From: Bacteroidaceae bacterium
GTDB taxonomy: Bacteria > Bacteroidota > Bacteroidia > Bacteroidales > Bacteroidaceae
Assembly: GCA_024682035.1 (NCBI GenBank)
Contig: JAIKZS010000133.1
Location: forward strand, 8,815-72,814
Length of the DNA: 64,000 nt
Reading direction: 5' to 3'
In this document: positions 30,759 to 41,975 of the stretch, piece by piece
How positions within the stretch are numbered: position 1 is the first letter of the stretch
How the letters are laid out: each line of letters opens with the position of its first letter
Translations under genes and position numbers: made by a program
The notes under the pieces: model-generated
The model's database searches: none
Seen by the model: only the letters and a program-made list of their open reading frames with translations
What the model was told of the DNA's origin: nothing

Positions 30759-31979
30759 TTACTCCTCGTACAACAAATACTTTTTTCTCTGTTCCTTAAA
30801 CTTTTCTACGTCAGGTTGCCAACGGGCACGAATATCTTCGGCAGTGGCACCTTGTTCGATCATCTGGCGCACCCAAGAAACGCCAATTAACTTTTCAAAG
30901 AAATTGGTGAAGAACTTATCACCCATGCCTAAATCTTGATAAGCATCAATAAGATAAGTTAAATCAATACCTTTGTTTACCAAAACAGAATCAGGCAAAT
31001 CTCGTAAATCGACTCCCTGACAGACCTTGTTTTGTAAAGGCGGAGTTTTGGCACCACTTCGGCTCTCGGGAACAAAAGAAAAAGTCCGCCCTTTCATATT
31101 TGGATGACCATACACTTGAAATGGGTAATCGGTGCCACGGCCTACGCTTACGGGAGTTGCTTCAAAATAACACAAAGAAGGATAAAGATAGATGGCGTGC
31201 AGGTTAGGCAGGTTGGGTGATGGAGGTAGCTGAATATCACACAACGTGCTATGGGTGTAGTACTGACAAGTGACTACTTGCAACTGACATTGTGACTTTC
31301 CTCCTATCCAGTGTTCTCCCACAGCCATCTGAGCCAGCTCACCCAATGTCATGCCATGAAGCACAGGGATGGGCAACCAACCTACTCCACTCTTATACTT
31401 CATGTCTAACAAAGGACCATCAACGATATGACCATTGGGATTGGGACGGTCGAGAATAATGACCTGCTTGCCATAGTCGGCACAAGCCTGTATCAATCGG
31501 CACATAGTAATGTAGTAGGTATAAAAGCGCAATCCAACATCTTGTATATCAACCAAAAGAACATCAAATTTACTCATAGAAGTTGAAGACGGGCGATTAT
31601 TACCACCATCATATAATGATAAGATAGGTATGCCTGTCTGAATATCTACGCTACTGGAAACATGCTCGCCAGCGTCAGCCGTGCCACGAAAACCATGTTC
31701 TGGGGAAAAGACCGCCGTAACACGATGCCCGTCATGCAGCAGATGATCAACCAAGTGTTCGCCAGTAGGCAACAAGGCAGTATGGTTGCCAAAAATTGCT
31801 ATCCGCTTGCCAGCTATCATGGGATAATAGATGTCAGTACGTGCATCGCCTGTGACAACAGGGTTACTTATTGGTGCGGCAACAACATCAGAAGCAGCTA
31901 TCGAATCTGAAGTAGAACGTGCTTTACAACTCATGCAAAACACCAGATTAAGGGCGATATAGAAATAGGCAATTTTCAT
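30759..31979 (-). CDS. DUF1343 / NamZ-like exo-beta-N-acetylmuramidase family lipoprotein
   Basis: FSPEHGFRG, DIQDVGLRFYTY, LDRPNP, HGMTLGE, PPSPN and SVGRGT motifs. Likely start is ATG 31979 with lipobox CMSC. Confidence 0.85.
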   Translation of the reverse strand: MKIAYFYIALNLVFCMSCKARSTSDSIAASDVVAAPISNPVVTGDARTDIYYPMIAGKRIAIFGNHTALLPTGEHLVDHLLHDGHRVTAVFSPEHGFRGTADAGEHVSSSVDIQTGIPILSLYDGGNNRPSSTSMSKFDVLLVDIQDVGLRFYTYYITMCRLIQACADYGKQVIILDRPNPNGHIVDGPLLDMKYKSGVGWLPIPVLHGMTLGELAQMAVGEHWIGGKSQCQLQVVTCQYYTHSTLCDIQLPPSPNLPNLHAIYLYPSLCYFEATPVSVGRGTDYPFQVYGHPNMKGRTFSFVPESRSGAKTPPLQNKVCQGVDLRDLPDSVLVNKGIDLTYLIDAYQDLGMGDKFFTNFFEKLIGVSWVRQMIEQGATAEDIRARWQPDVEKFKEQRKKYLLYEE

Positions 31980-32100
31980 AATAGTGTCGTTTAGCTGGGT
32001 AAAGTTAATGATAATATATGTAAAGCTGAAATATTTCCTAAAAAAGGAAACATAAGAAAAGAATTCATGCTTGAAGGAATAATCAAAAAAAGGTAGCATA

Positions 32101-32136
32101 TAATAAAGGGCTGCGAACATTCGCAGCCCTTTATTA
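32101..32136. terminator. Intrinsic terminator downstream of asd
   Basis: TAATAAAGGGCTGCGAA-ca-TTCGCAGCCCTTTATTA perfect inverted repeat. Confidence 0.85.
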
Positions 32137-32160
32137 AACAACATTATTTAATGGTCAATT

Positions 32161-33168
32161 TTATAAAGCATTCTCTTTTATAAGGTACTCAGCAATCTGT
32201 ACAGCATTGAGGGCAGCACCTTTCTTAATTTGATCACCTACAATCCAGAAAGTTAAGCCATTATCATTGGCAAGGTCTTTCCTTATACGCCCAATATATA
32301 CAGGATCCTTACCAGCCAGGAATAACGGCATAGGGTATTTTTTCTCAGCTGGGTTGTCTTCGATAACCAGTCCTTCTGCATTTGCAAAAGCTGCTTTTGC
32401 TTCATCAACACCGATAGGACGTTCTGTCTCTACCCAAATAGCCTCTGAATGGGAACGTAACGATGGTACACGCACACATGTTGCGCTTACACGCACATCT
32501 GAATGCATGATTTTACGGGTCTCGTTGAACATCTTCATTTCTTCCTTCGTATAATCATTGTCGGTAAACACATCTACCTGAGGAATGAGATTGAAGGCCA
32601 ACTGGTATTGGAAACGCTCAACGGTTACAGGCTCGCCTGCCAGCACCTGGCGATATTGCTCGTAAAGTTCCTTCATAGCAGCAGCACCAGCACCACTGGC
32701 TGCCTGATAAGTAGATACATGCACACGTGTGATGTGGCTCAATGCCTCAATAGGCTTCAGTGCTACCACCATTTGAATAGTTGTACAGTTAGGGTTGGCA
32801 ATAATACCACGAGGACGTACCTTTGCATCGGGAGCATTGACTTCGGGTACAACCAAAGGTACATCAGCATCCATGCGGAAAGCACTGGAATTATCAATCA
32901 TAACAGTGCCATACTTGGTAATTGTGTCAGCATATTCTTTAGATGTACCAGCACCGGCCGATGTAAAAGCAATATCAACACCTTTGAAATCATCATTATG
33001 TTGTAAAAGTTTAACTTCTATCTCTTTTCCTCTAAAGGTGTATTTGCTTCCCGCACTACGGGGTGATCCAAATAACAGCAGTTCGTCAATAGGGAAATCT
33101 CTCTCATCGAGCACGCGCAAGAACTCTTGTCCAACAGCCCCACTTGCGCCAACAATTGCTACTTTCAT
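32161..33168 (-). CDS. asd: Aspartate-semialdehyde dehydrogenase
   Basis: [25 protein letters not shown] (catalytic Cys), ATCVRVP and KGAALN motifs. Confidence 0.97.
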   Translation of the reverse strand: MKVAIVGASGAVGQEFLRVLDERDFPIDELLLFGSPRSAGSKYTFRGKEIEVKLLQHNDDFKGVDIAFTSAGAGTSKEYADTITKYGTVMIDNSSAFRMDADVPLVVPEVNAPDAKVRPRGIIANPNCTTIQMVVALKPIEALSHITRVHVSTYQAASGAGAAAMKELYEQYRQVLAGEPVTVERFQYQLAFNLIPQVDVFTDNDYTKEEMKMFNETRKIMHSDVRVSATCVRVPSLRSHSEAIWVETERPIGVDEAKAAFANAEGLVIEDNPAEKKYPMPLFLAGKDPVYIGRIRKDLANDNGLTFWIVGDQIKKGAALNAVQIAEYLIKENAL

Positions 33169-33369
33169 TTCTTATTAAATTTTGTTTATACTCTTCTTTT
33201 AATAAGCTTAATCTCTTCTGATCATTGAAACATGTTCAATTTATCATTATCAATTAAAATTGCTCATTTTGGTGGCAAAATTAATTGTTTTTAGGGATTT
33301 CTGCAAGGATTTGACGATTATATGGAAAGTTTTTAGTTATTTTGTATCATTAAACCTTATCTGAGTTAA

Positions 33370-35499
33370 ATGGAGTGGCTGTATCACTATATAAGTTTCC
33401 CAATAACTGACCCCACATGGATATTCCTGCTGGTGCTGGTGATTATATTATTTGCTCCAGTTATACTTGACAGATTACACATTCCCCACATTATTGGCAT
33501 GATTATAGCCGGACTTCTGGTGGGTGAACACGGTTTTAACATTCTGGCTCGAGACAGCAGTTTTGAATTGTTTGGCAAAGTAGGCTTATACTATATTATG
33601 TTCCTTGCCGGATTGGAAATGAACATGGCCGACTTTAAAGAGAACCGTTTTAAAGCGTTGACATTAGGCTTACTGTGTTTCTTCATACCGATCACCATTG
33701 GCTTTGTAATTAACCTAAGTATATTGCACTATGGCGTAGCTACTGCTATCCTGCTAGCCAGTATGTATGCATCTAACACACAAGTGTCGTATCCCATCAC
33801 CATAAAATATGGCATAGCAGGTCAGCGAGGAGTAAGCATCGCAGTAGGTGGAACAGCTGTTACCGACACTTTAACATTGCTGGTGCTGGCTGTGGTGGCA
33901 GGCGTTCACCGAGGCGATACAAGCGGAGGTTACTGGATGCTTTTGGTTGGACGTATCATCTTGTTAGGCATGGTTATCATTGTGCTGTTTCCACGTATAG
34001 CACGGTGGTTCTTCCGCCGATATGACGAGGTAGTTACTCAATACATCTTTGTACTGACTCTGGTCTTTCTCGCAGCAGCCTTAATGGAACTAGCTGACAT
34101 GGAGGGCATATTGGGTGCCTTCCTTACAGGCTTGGTACTTAATAGAATGATTCCCCACGTTTCACCTTTAATGGGACACCTGGAGTTTGTTGGCAACGCT
34201 CTTTTTATCCCCTATTTTCTGATTGGTGTGGGTATGCTAATAAACGTACATGTACTGTTTGGTAGTGTCAACGCCATAGAAGTTGCTGCTATAATGATAG
34301 CTGTGGCACTCACGGGCAAATGGATAGCTTCGTGGATGACACAAAAAATATTTGGACTGAAGAGTGTTGAACGCAGACTAATATATGGTTTGAGTACAGC
34401 ACAGGCAGCAGCTACATTGGCAGCAGTCATGGTAGGATATAACATTATACTTCCGGATGGGAACAGATTGTTAAACGAAGATGTGCTAAATGGTACTATT
34501 TTGCTCATATTGGTAACTTGCATCGTAAGTTCATTGGTGACTGATAAAGCGGCAAGACGTATAGCAATGGAGGAGACACAACCCGATGAACACCATCAAC
34601 GCAGCACAGAAAAAATTCTTATACCAGTGGCTTATCTCGATACGATAGATTACTTGATGGAGCTGGCATTGATGATAAAGAGTCAGAAGTTTGAAGACAA
34701 TATATTGGCCTTGCACGTAATGACGGACGCAGGAACAAATAATAGTGAGATAAAGGGTCGATTATGCCTTGAAAAAGCTGCCAAAGCAGCTGCTGGCGCA
34801 AATGTTAAGCTGGTGCAACTAAGTCGGTATGATGTAAATATATCATCTGGCATTATTCACACAGCCAAAGAGCAAGATGCTTCATGTTTAGTTGTAGGTT
34901 TGCACCGCAAGGTAAATATAATGGACTCGTTCTACGGAAAGGTAACAGAAAACTTACTAAAAAGCGTGCACCGCGAGATAATAGTCGCCAAATTTTTGAT
35001 GCCGCTTAATACCATCAGACGCATAGTGGTAGCAGTGCCTCCAAAAGCAGAATATGAAGCCGGATTCCAAAAATGGTTGCGAAATGTATGCCGCATGGGA
35101 GCCACTCTGGGATGTCGTGTACACTTTTTTGCCAATCAAAAGACCACGGGCTACATACAAAGCTTCCTGGAAACAAAATATAAGCAAACACGCACTAGTT
35201 TCTCGAATCTGGATAAATGGGAAGACTTACTGTTGCTGACTGGACAAGTAAACTATGACCACCTGTTGGTAATTATTAGTGCCCGCAGAGGATCAATATC
35301 TTATAATCCACTATTTGAAGAATTACCACAGCAAATTTATACCTATTTCAACAATAGCAGTCTGTTGATAGTATTTCCAGACCAAATTGGTGATGAGGTA
35401 AAAGAAACTATTACATTTTCAAAGCCTATTGGTGACAGCAGTATTATACCATTATATGAAAAAATTGGCAAATGGCTTTTTAGGTGGTTTAAAAAATAA
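33370..35499 (+). CDS. Cation:proton antiporter (CPA2) with C-terminal universal-stress-like domain
   Basis: About 13 TM segments with MFLAGLEM, TAVTD and GILGAFLTG, followed by a soluble KILIPVA...IIHTAKEQ domain. Confidence 0.88.
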   Translation: MEWLYHYISFPITDPTWIFLLVLVIILFAPVILDRLHIPHIIGMIIAGLLVGEHGFNILARDSSFELFGKVGLYYIMFLAGLEMNMADFKENRFKALTLGLLCFFIPITIGFVINLSILHYGVATAILLASMYASNTQVSYPITIKYGIAGQRGVSIAVGGTAVTDTLTLLVLAVVAGVHRGDTSGGYWMLLVGRIILLGMVIIVLFPRIARWFFRRYDEVVTQYIFVLTLVFLAAALMELADMEGILGAFLTGLVLNRMIPHVSPLMGHLEFVGNALFIPYFLIGVGMLINVHVLFGSVNAIEVAAIMIAVALTGKWIASWMTQKIFGLKSVERRLIYGLSTAQAAATLAAVMVGYNIILPDGNRLLNEDVLNGTILLILVTCIVSSLVTDKAARRIAMEETQPDEHHQRSTEKILIPVAYLDTIDYLMELALMIKSQKFEDNILALHVMTDAGTNNSEIKGRLCLEKAAKAAAGANVKLVQLSRYDVNISSGIIHTAKEQDASCLVVGLHRKVNIMDSFYGKVTENLLKSVHREIIVAKFLMPLNTIRRIVVAVPPKAEYEAGFQKWLRNVCRMGATLGCRVHFFANQKTTGYIQSFLETKYKQTRTSFSNLDKWEDLLLLTGQVNYDHLLVIISARRGSISYNPLFEELPQQIYTYFNNSSLLIVFPDQIGDEVKETITFSKPIGDSSIIPLYEKIGKWLFRWFKK

Positions 35500-35508
35500 C
35501 TGTAAATA

Positions 35509-36186
35509 ATGATGATACACATAGAAAATATTGTAAAGAGCTTTGACAGCTTGCAAGTGTTACGCGGCATCAGTCTTGACATTGACAAGGGTGAAGTAGT
35601 AAGCATTGTAGGTCCAAGCGGTGCTGGCAAGACTACCCTATTACAAATCATGGGTACATTAGACACCCCAGATAAGGGCAAGGTGATAATCGATGGCAAA
35701 GATGTATTAACACTGAAAGAGAAGGAATTATCAGCTTTCAGGAACCAACATATAGGATTTGTTTTTCAGTTTCACCAGTTGTTGCCTGAATTTACAGCTG
35801 TAGAGAATGTTATGATGCCAGCATTGATTGCAGGAAAAGAGCGACAAGCAGCACAGCTTGAAGCTATAGAATTACTAAATTTCATGGGGCTACAAGACCG
35901 TTCAGAACACAAACCTAACGAACTATCGGGGGGTGAGAAGCAACGTGTAGCAGTAGCGCGAGCATTGGTAAACCATCCCAGTGTGGTATTGGCCGATGAA
36001 CCTTCTGGTAGCCTTGACTCACAAAACAAACAAGAACTTCATCAGCTGTTTTTCGACCTACGTGACCGTTTTGGTCAAACATTTGTCATTGTTACCCATG
36101 ATGAAAGTTTAGCCGCCATGACAGACAGATCGATTCATCTAAAAGACGGTTTAATCGAAGGAAACATAGTGGGAAAGACGTTCTAA
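35509..36186 (+). CDS. ABC transporter ATP-binding protein (LolD-like)
   Basis: [29 protein letters not shown] and LADEPSG motifs. Confidence 0.88.
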   Translation: MMIHIENIVKSFDSLQVLRGISLDIDKGEVVSIVGPSGAGKTTLLQIMGTLDTPDKGKVIIDGKDVLTLKEKELSAFRNQHIGFVFQFHQLLPEFTAVENVMMPALIAGKERQAAQLEAIELLNFMGLQDRSEHKPNELSGGEKQRVAVARALVNHPSVVLADEPSGSLDSQNKQELHQLFFDLRDRFGQTFVIVTHDESLAAMTDRSIHLKDGLIEGNIVGKTF

Positions 36187-36927
36187 GTCGTTTTCTGAGA
36201 ACTCATCATAAAGAATAAGTGGTTTAAGAGACAATAAATCACCATGTTTACGGCGATGTTCAACAATAGCCTTTGCCTGATAAAAATTTAGGTAAGGATG
36301 ACGGCGAAGACGATCGACACTGCTCTTATTGACTTTAATCTTTTTTATATCAGCCTCATCAATACTCAACCAAACTAACAACTGATTAGCATCAATATGG
36401 ATATCTCTTAATTGACCTACAGCATAAAAACCACCTAATTGATTACGATAATTGACTATCATTCGTGCAATGGCACTGCCAATGCCAGGAATCTTCTTCA
36501 ATTCTGTAGTGTCAGCCTTATTCAAATCTACCACAGTGCCTAAAGCATATTTCTCCACTTTCTCATAACGGGGTAATGTATCTAACAGCAAAGAAACAAC
36601 TGTATCTTTTGATTTGGGAGCCGACTGAACTTTTTCTCTGCGAGGAGCTGTGTATGACTTGGCATAAGAGCCACGCTGTCGTTGAGGTTGAGCGTTACTA
36701 CGCTGATACTCATTGCGCCGTGATCGACGTGCCGTCATAATACTATCTTGACGTTGTATAGAATCGGCAAAACTTTGCAAAGCTGTTTCATCAACAGGTG
36801 GAGGGGTGTGCATGTGTTCATAACCAATAGTTACACCTATTGTTAGTAAAATCAAACTAAACAACACCAATATGGCACGTTTCTCCTCTGGACGATAAAA
36901 ATGATAATCTCTGATGAATTGCCACAT
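36151..36927 (-). CDS. Membrane-anchored helix-hairpin-helix DNA-binding protein (ComEA-like)
   Basis: N-terminal TM helix; [18 protein letters not shown] and a second HhH repeat. Confidence 0.82.
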   Translation of the reverse strand: MWQFIRDYHFYRPEEKRAILVLFSLILLTIGVTIGYEHMHTPPPVDETALQSFADSIQRQDSIMTARRSRRNEYQRSNAQPQRQRGSYAKSYTAPRREKVQSAPKSKDTVVSLLLDTLPRYEKVEKYALGTVVDLNKADTTELKKIPGIGSAIARMIVNYRNQLGGFYAVGQLRDIHIDANQLLVWLSIDEADIKKIKVNKSSVDRLRRHPYLNFYQAKAIVEHRRKHGDLLSLKPLILYDEFSENDLERLSHYVSFD

Positions 36928-36939
36928 AAGGCAAGATGC

Positions 36940-38304
36940 TTACAAAACGCCCAATTCGTTGATAAATACAAATCCTATTCCTATAGGGGCTACCACACGT
37001 AAAATAAATACAATGGTTTTATAGATAAATTTTGGCATATGACCTCCGCTATTCAGTTCATCTGACAAAATCTTCTTATCAAGATACCACCCAGTAAAGA
37101 TAGAAATAAAGAAGCCGCCAATAGGTAACATAAGTTTGGCTGTGACAAAATCAAAGATATCAAACAGACTCATGCCAAATAACGTATATTCTTTTCCAAC
37201 ACCTAAAGACAGAGCACATAAAATACCAATGAATCCACAAACAACAGTAACCAATAAAGCTGCTTTTCGACGACTCATGTGGAACTCTTCATGCAAATAA
37301 ACAGTAACAACTTCGTGCATAGAAATGGTAGAAGTAAGTGCAGCCAAGGCTAATAAAAGATAGAAGGCCGTACTCAGTAAGTAAGTGAGCCACGGTAATT
37401 CGGCAAAAGCCTGGGTAAGAACGTTAGGCAAAGTAATAAACACCAAACTTGGACCAGCATCAGGTTGGATACCTACCGAAAAGGCAGCAGGAAAAATAAT
37501 CAAGCCTGCAAGTATGGCCACCATACTGTCTATAGTCGCCACATTAATGGCTGTCTTGGTAAGATTGGTGTCGCTCTGGAAATAAGAGGCATAAGTGCAA
37601 AGACACCCCATGCCAAGGCTTAAAGAGTAGAAAGTTTGCCCCATAGCAGAAAGCAATACGCCAGAGTTAATCTTTGTCAAATCAGGTTTTAGCAAAAATT
37701 CCAATCCTGGGCCAGAACCAGGTAACATTACAGAGCAGAAAGCCATGACAATGAGCAATATAAATAGGATGGGCATAAGAATTTTAGCTGAACGTTCAAT
37801 GCCCTGCTGCACGCCTTTTACAATAATATAATGGGTAGCAACCATGAAAATAATTAGCCACAATACAGGGCGCCACGGACTAGCTGTAAAAGTGGTAAAA
37901 GATGCTGCAAATTGCTCGGGTGTCTTACCGACAAATGAGTTACCAGCAGCTTGAAGGAAATATTCGAGTGTCCAGCCTGCTACTACAGCATAATAGCCCA
38001 AAATAAGAAAGCCTGTTAATACTCCCCAGCGACCAACCCATTTCCATTGAGTGCCAGGAGCCAGTATCTGATAAGCTCTTGCTGTATTGGCGCGTGAATG
38101 GCGACCAATTGTAAATTCGGCAATCATAACAGGAATTCCGAAGAAAAGAATACACACGATATAAATGAGGATGAATGCAGCCCCACCGTCGTTACCTGCC
38201 TGATATGGAAAACGCCAAATGTTACCCAAGCCAACAGCCGAACCAGCTGCTGCTAATATGGCACCTATTTTACTACCAAAATTTGCTCTCGTCTCTACAC
38301 TCAT
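36940..38304 (-). CDS. Sodium-dependent transporter (NSS/SNF family)
   Basis: GSAVGLGNIWRFPY signature, GQTFYSLSLG and GPSLVF motifs. Confidence 0.93.
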   Translation of the reverse strand: MSVETRANFGSKIGAILAAAGSAVGLGNIWRFPYQAGNDGGAAFILIYIVCILFFGIPVMIAEFTIGRHSRANTARAYQILAPGTQWKWVGRWGVLTGFLILGYYAVVAGWTLEYFLQAAGNSFVGKTPEQFAASFTTFTASPWRPVLWLIIFMVATHYIIVKGVQQGIERSAKILMPILFILLIVMAFCSVMLPGSGPGLEFLLKPDLTKINSGVLLSAMGQTFYSLSLGMGCLCTYASYFQSDTNLTKTAINVATIDSMVAILAGLIIFPAAFSVGIQPDAGPSLVFITLPNVLTQAFAELPWLTYLLSTAFYLLLALAALTSTISMHEVVTVYLHEEFHMSRRKAALLVTVVCGFIGILCALSLGVGKEYTLFGMSLFDIFDFVTAKLMLPIGGFFISIFTGWYLDKKILSDELNSGGHMPKFIYKTIVFILRVVAPIGIGFVFINELGVL

Positions 38305-38350
38305 AAAAGATATAAAATGTCAAAAAAAACTTATTTCCTTTATTTAAGAT

Positions 38351-38380
38351 GCAAAAGTACACAATTATTCGTACTTTTGC
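38351..38380. promoter_or_regulatory. Back-to-back -7 promoter elements for the NSS transporter and VanZ-like genes
   Basis: GCAAAAGTAC...GTACTTTTGC gives TACTTTTG on both strands. Confidence 0.6.
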
Positions 38381-38401
38381 GACAGTTTAGAAAAGTTTTT
38401 A

Positions 38402-38794
38402 ATGATGAAAGCATTTATATTACGATATCCATTGTCAATAACCATCATTTTGGTAGTGACTTTCCTTTCTTTCTTTAAGCCGCCATCAACTGATTTGGAT
38501 GATGTTCCTGGAATAGATAAACTTGTGCATACTGGTATGTATTTCGTAATGGCTGGTCTTTTATGGTTGGAGTTTTATAGAGGCCGACGCAAGACAGGAG
38601 CACCTATATGGCATGCATGGATAGGCGCTTTTCTTTGCCCACTCATCTATGGTGGTATGGTAGAATTGCTACAAGAGTATTGTACAGAACATCGAGGTGG
38701 TGAATGGCTGGATTTTGGAGCTAATTCTTTAGGCGTTATCCTTGCAGCTATTGTTGCCTACTTTATCTTGCCAAAAGTGTTCGCAAATAAATAA
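38402..38794 (+). CDS. VanZ-like family membrane protein
   Basis: DKLVH, ELLQ...RGGEWLDFGANSLG motifs. Confidence 0.85.
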   Translation: MMKAFILRYPLSITIILVVTFLSFFKPPSTDLDDVPGIDKLVHTGMYFVMAGLLWLEFYRGRRKTGAPIWHAWIGAFLCPLIYGGMVELLQEYCTEHRGGEWLDFGANSLGVILAAIVAYFILPKVFANK

Positions 38795-38798
38795 AATA

Positions 38799-38820
38799 AA
38801 GGCAGCTAAATTGCTGCCTT
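38799..38820. terminator. Terminator between the convergent VanZ-like and murF genes
   Basis: AAGGCAGC-taaatt-GCTGCCTT with A/T-rich flanks. Confidence 0.7.
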
Positions 38821-38869
38821 CTATTGCTGGGATAAATACCCAATATTTTATAAACAAAGCTCAAGTCTC

Positions 38870-40195
38870 TTAAAGAAACTCGGGAATTGTAAATAACTTT
38901 GTACCGTTTGATCCCTTAATGAGGATGGTTTTGTTTTGTTGAGGCTCCTGACGAATATAATCTATTAAAGCACTAACATCCTTGAAAGAATGGAAAGGGC
39001 TACCAACTTTTATAAACTCTTCGCCCACCAGCAACACATCTTTAAAATCATACTTTTGAATGAGTTGAACTATCTGTCTGTGTTCCATGGAGCTTCCCGC
39101 TCCCAACTCACGCATCTCACCCAAAATCAACATCTTATTATCTGCTTGCAAACGATAGAAATTGTCAATCGCTGCCTTCATGCTGGTTGGATTAGCATTG
39201 TAGGCATCTACAATCAAAGTATTATGAGCTGTTTGGGTAAGTTGCGAACGATTATTATGAGGCTCATAGTTACGTAAAGCGTCACAAATATCGGCTGCTG
39301 GCACACCATACCTACATCCAATTGCGATGGCTGCTAACATATTACTAAGGTTGTAGTCACCTATTAATTTGGTTTGAATATCATTCGATTGCCATTGGAA
39401 GTGAAGAAAAGCACCATGACCAACAATACTGCCCTTCACATCCACATCATCGGTTTTCGTACCATAAGTAATAGGATTTTCAAGTCCCCTTAGAAAAAAC
39501 ATCTGCATAAGGTCAGCACTATCAATATTGATGATCACCTCACCATGAGTAGCCTTGATAAAATCATAAAGCTCACCCTTGGTACGCTTCACACCTTCGA
39601 AAGAACCAAAACCTAATAAATGAGCTCTACCTACATTAGTGATAAGACCTATATTAGGTTCTGCTACATTGACAAGCTCCTGAATGTCACCTGGATGACT
39701 AGCCCCCATCTCAATAATAGCTATTTGGTGCTCGGGTTTCATACGCAAAAGTGTGAGAGGCACACCAATACTATTGTTGAGATTACCCTGTGTATAAAGT
39801 ACGTTGAATTTTTTCGACAATACTGCTGCTGTCAGCTCTTTAGTGGTAGTCTTGCCATTGGTACCTGTAATACCTATAATGGGAATGCCTTTTGTATGTG
39901 CAGACCTGCTTTTTCCAAGAGGTATGCCTAACTTCTGACGATGGTAGTTGGCCAGTTGCTGCAATGCCCGCAAACCGTTTTTTACCAAGAAATAGCGCCC
40001 ATCACCCTCCTGCATGTACTCAGCCTCGTCAATCACTACATATTTACACCCTGCTTCAAGTGCCTTGGCAGCAAAAGCATTGCCATTGAAATTATCACCT
40101 TTAAGAGCAATAAAAAGAGAATCCTTCGGGCAATTACGACTATCAGTTGTAACGCCACTGCATTGAAGAAATAATTGATAAAGTTCTTCTATCAT
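38870..40195 (-). CDS. murF: UDP-MurNAc-tripeptide--D-Ala-D-Ala ligase
   Basis: TTDSR, GITGTNGKTTTK, NLNNSIGVP, EMGASH, DAYNANPTSM and LIKGS motifs. Confidence 0.96.
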   Translation of the reverse strand: MIEELYQLFLQCSGVTTDSRNCPKDSLFIALKGDNFNGNAFAAKALEAGCKYVVIDEAEYMQEGDGRYFLVKNGLRALQQLANYHRQKLGIPLGKSRSAHTKGIPIIGITGTNGKTTTKELTAAVLSKKFNVLYTQGNLNNSIGVPLTLLRMKPEHQIAIIEMGASHPGDIQELVNVAEPNIGLITNVGRAHLLGFGSFEGVKRTKGELYDFIKATHGEVIINIDSADLMQMFFLRGLENPITYGTKTDDVDVKGSIVGHGAFLHFQWQSNDIQTKLIGDYNLSNMLAAIAIGCRYGVPAADICDALRNYEPHNNRSQLTQTAHNTLIVDAYNANPTSMKAAIDNFYRLQADNKMLILGEMRELGAGSSMEHRQIVQLIQKYDFKDVLLVGEEFIKVGSPFHSFKDVSALIDYIRQEPQQNKTILIKGSNGTKLFTIPEFL

Positions 40196-40217
40196 ATTTT
40201 CTTATGTTTATTTCATG

Positions 40218-40245
40218 CAAAAGTAACGTTTTTTCCGTACATTTG
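40218..40245. promoter_or_regulatory. Divergent promoter pair for murF and folP
   Basis: Minus-strand TACTTTTG (40218-40225) and plus-strand TACATTTG (40238-40245). Confidence 0.6.
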
Positions 40246-40266
40246 TAATCAAAAATATAGAAAGTT

Positions 40267-41124
40267 ATGTTTGCTGGTACAATAAACATAAACGGGCAGC
40301 TCATGGATTTATCTACACCGAAGGTGATGGGCATTTTGAACTTAACTCCTGACTCGTTTTTTCAAGAGAGTCGCATGCAAACTGCTCAGCAAGTAGAACA
40401 GCGGGTAAAGCAAATGCTGGATGAAGGAGCTGACATCATAGATGTAGGAGCTTATTCGTCGCGCCCTGGTGCAGAAGAAGTTACGGTAGAAGATGAACTA
40501 AAACGATTACGAAATGGGTTGACTGTTCTTCGTAAAGTTGCCCCCAATGCCATTGTTTCTGTTGATACTTTTAGAGCTGATGTGGCACGCATGTGTATTG
40601 AAGAATATGGTGTGGCCATTGTAAACGACATCTCTGGTGGAGAATTAGATGCCCAAATGTATGCTACAGTCGCACGGGCGCGCGTACCTTATATTATTAT
40701 GCATATGCAAGGAACACCCCAAAATATGCAAGAGGCACCCCATTACGATGATGTGCTGAAAGAAGTGATACTTAGTATGGCCGAAAAAGTAAATCGATTG
40801 CATGAGCTTTTAGTAAACGACATCATCATCGATTTAGGCTTTGGGTTTGGCAAAACACTTGCCCACAATTTCCAACTATTAGCACATCTTAATGAATTTG
40901 AAGTGTTTGAGTTGCCTATATTGGTAGGACTTTCACGAAAATCAATGATATATAAAACATTAGGAATTACACCTGACAAAGCCTTGAATGGCACCTCTGT
41001 GCTCCATACCTTAGCTTTAAACAAAGGAGCCAACATTCTAAGGGTGCACGATGTGAAAGAAGCTGTAGAAACCATAAAATTATGGCAATGCGTGAAACAA
41101 TATGAGTTTAATGAAGATAAATGA
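40267..41124 (+). CDS. folP: Dihydropteroate synthase
   Basis: MGILNLTPDSF, SSRPG, SVDT, GFGFGK, SRKS and LRVHDV motifs. Confidence 0.97.
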   Translation: MFAGTININGQLMDLSTPKVMGILNLTPDSFFQESRMQTAQQVEQRVKQMLDEGADIIDVGAYSSRPGAEEVTVEDELKRLRNGLTVLRKVAPNAIVSVDTFRADVARMCIEEYGVAIVNDISGGELDAQMYATVARARVPYIIMHMQGTPQNMQEAPHYDDVLKEVILSMAEKVNRLHELLVNDIIIDLGFGFGKTLAHNFQLLAHLNEFEVFELPILVGLSRKSMIYKTLGITPDKALNGTSVLHTLALNKGANILRVHDVKEAVETIKLWQCVKQYEFNEDK

Positions 41125-41137
41125 TAATAAATAAGAT

Positions 41138-41902
41138 ATGTTTTTTCAATTTGGCATTAAAGATTTGATTGACATCCTGTTGGTAGCAACTTTGCTCTAC
41201 TATCTATACAGGTTGATGAAATCAACAGGCTCTATAAAAGTATTTACAGGCTTGATGATTTTCGTGCTCAGTTGGCTAGTAGTCACACAGGTACTTGAGA
41301 TGAGACTACTTGGTTCCCTTTTTGATAAACTGATCAGTGTAGGTGTAATAGCCATAATAGTCCTCTTCCAAGAAGAAATACGCCATTTCCTATTTTCATT
41401 AGGCTCACATCATAGCGCCAGTGCCTTGGTAAAATTATTCTTCGGCAGTAAAGAAAATCAAAGCAGCCACGAAGATGTACTACCCATTGTAATGGCATGC
41501 TTAAGCATGGCTAAAGGGAAAGTTGGTGCTTTAATAGTGGTGGAACGCAATGTGCCACTTGACAATATAGTGCGTACAGGTGATACCATTGATGCCAATG
41601 TCAATCAGCGACTGATAGAAAACATATTCTTTAAAAATAGTCCGCTGCATGACGGAGCAATGGTTATTAGTCATAAACGCATCAAGGCTGCAGGCTGCAT
41701 TTTACCAGTAGCACATAACTTGGATATCCCCAAGGAACTAGGATTACGTCATCGCGCCGGCATGGGTATTTCTCAAGAAACTGATGCTTTAGCTATAATT
41801 GTGAGTGAGGAGACAGGTGGCATATCAGTTGCCTATAAAGGAGAGTTTCACCTTAGGTTGAATGCGGAAGAACTTGAAAGATTACTCACTACTGAAGATT
41901 AA
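41138..41902 (+). CDS. cdaA: Membrane diadenylate cyclase (CdaA/DacA)
   Basis: Three TM helices; FQEEIR, PLHDGA, LGLRHRA and VSEETG motifs. Confidence 0.92.
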   Translation: MFFQFGIKDLIDILLVATLLYYLYRLMKSTGSIKVFTGLMIFVLSWLVVTQVLEMRLLGSLFDKLISVGVIAIIVLFQEEIRHFLFSLGSHHSASALVKLFFGSKENQSSHEDVLPIVMACLSMAKGKVGALIVVERNVPLDNIVRTGDTIDANVNQRLIENIFFKNSPLHDGAMVISHKRIKAAGCILPVAHNLDIPKELGLRHRAGMGISQETDALAIIVSEETGGISVAYKGEFHLRLNAEELERLLTTED

Positions 41903-41906
41903 AATA

Positions 41907-41930
41907 AAAAGGCTGCTGATGCAGCCTTTT
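41907..41930. terminator. Bidirectional intrinsic terminator
   Basis: AAAAGGCTGC-tgat-GCAGCCTTTT between convergent genes. Confidence 0.85.
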
Positions 41931-41975
41931 ATTATCTAAATAATTCCAGTTTAAAACCGAAATAGAGGTAGTAAC

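Noticed and set aside
30552-30890. 112-aa plus-strand ORF
   Set aside because: TTG start, overlaps the DUF1343 gene antisense and has no recognisable motif.
31980-32144. N-terminal extension of the DUF1343 ORF
   Set aside because: It runs through the asd terminator and AT-rich intergenic DNA. The signal peptide starts at 31979.
38351-38380. Inverted repeat as an operator or invertible switch
   Set aside because: It is explained by two back-to-back TAnnTTTG promoter motifs, and no recombinase is nearby.
40267-41902. folP-cdaA as a nucleotide-signalling defence system
   Set aside because: This is a housekeeping membrane diadenylate cyclase in a common gene order, with no effector gene.
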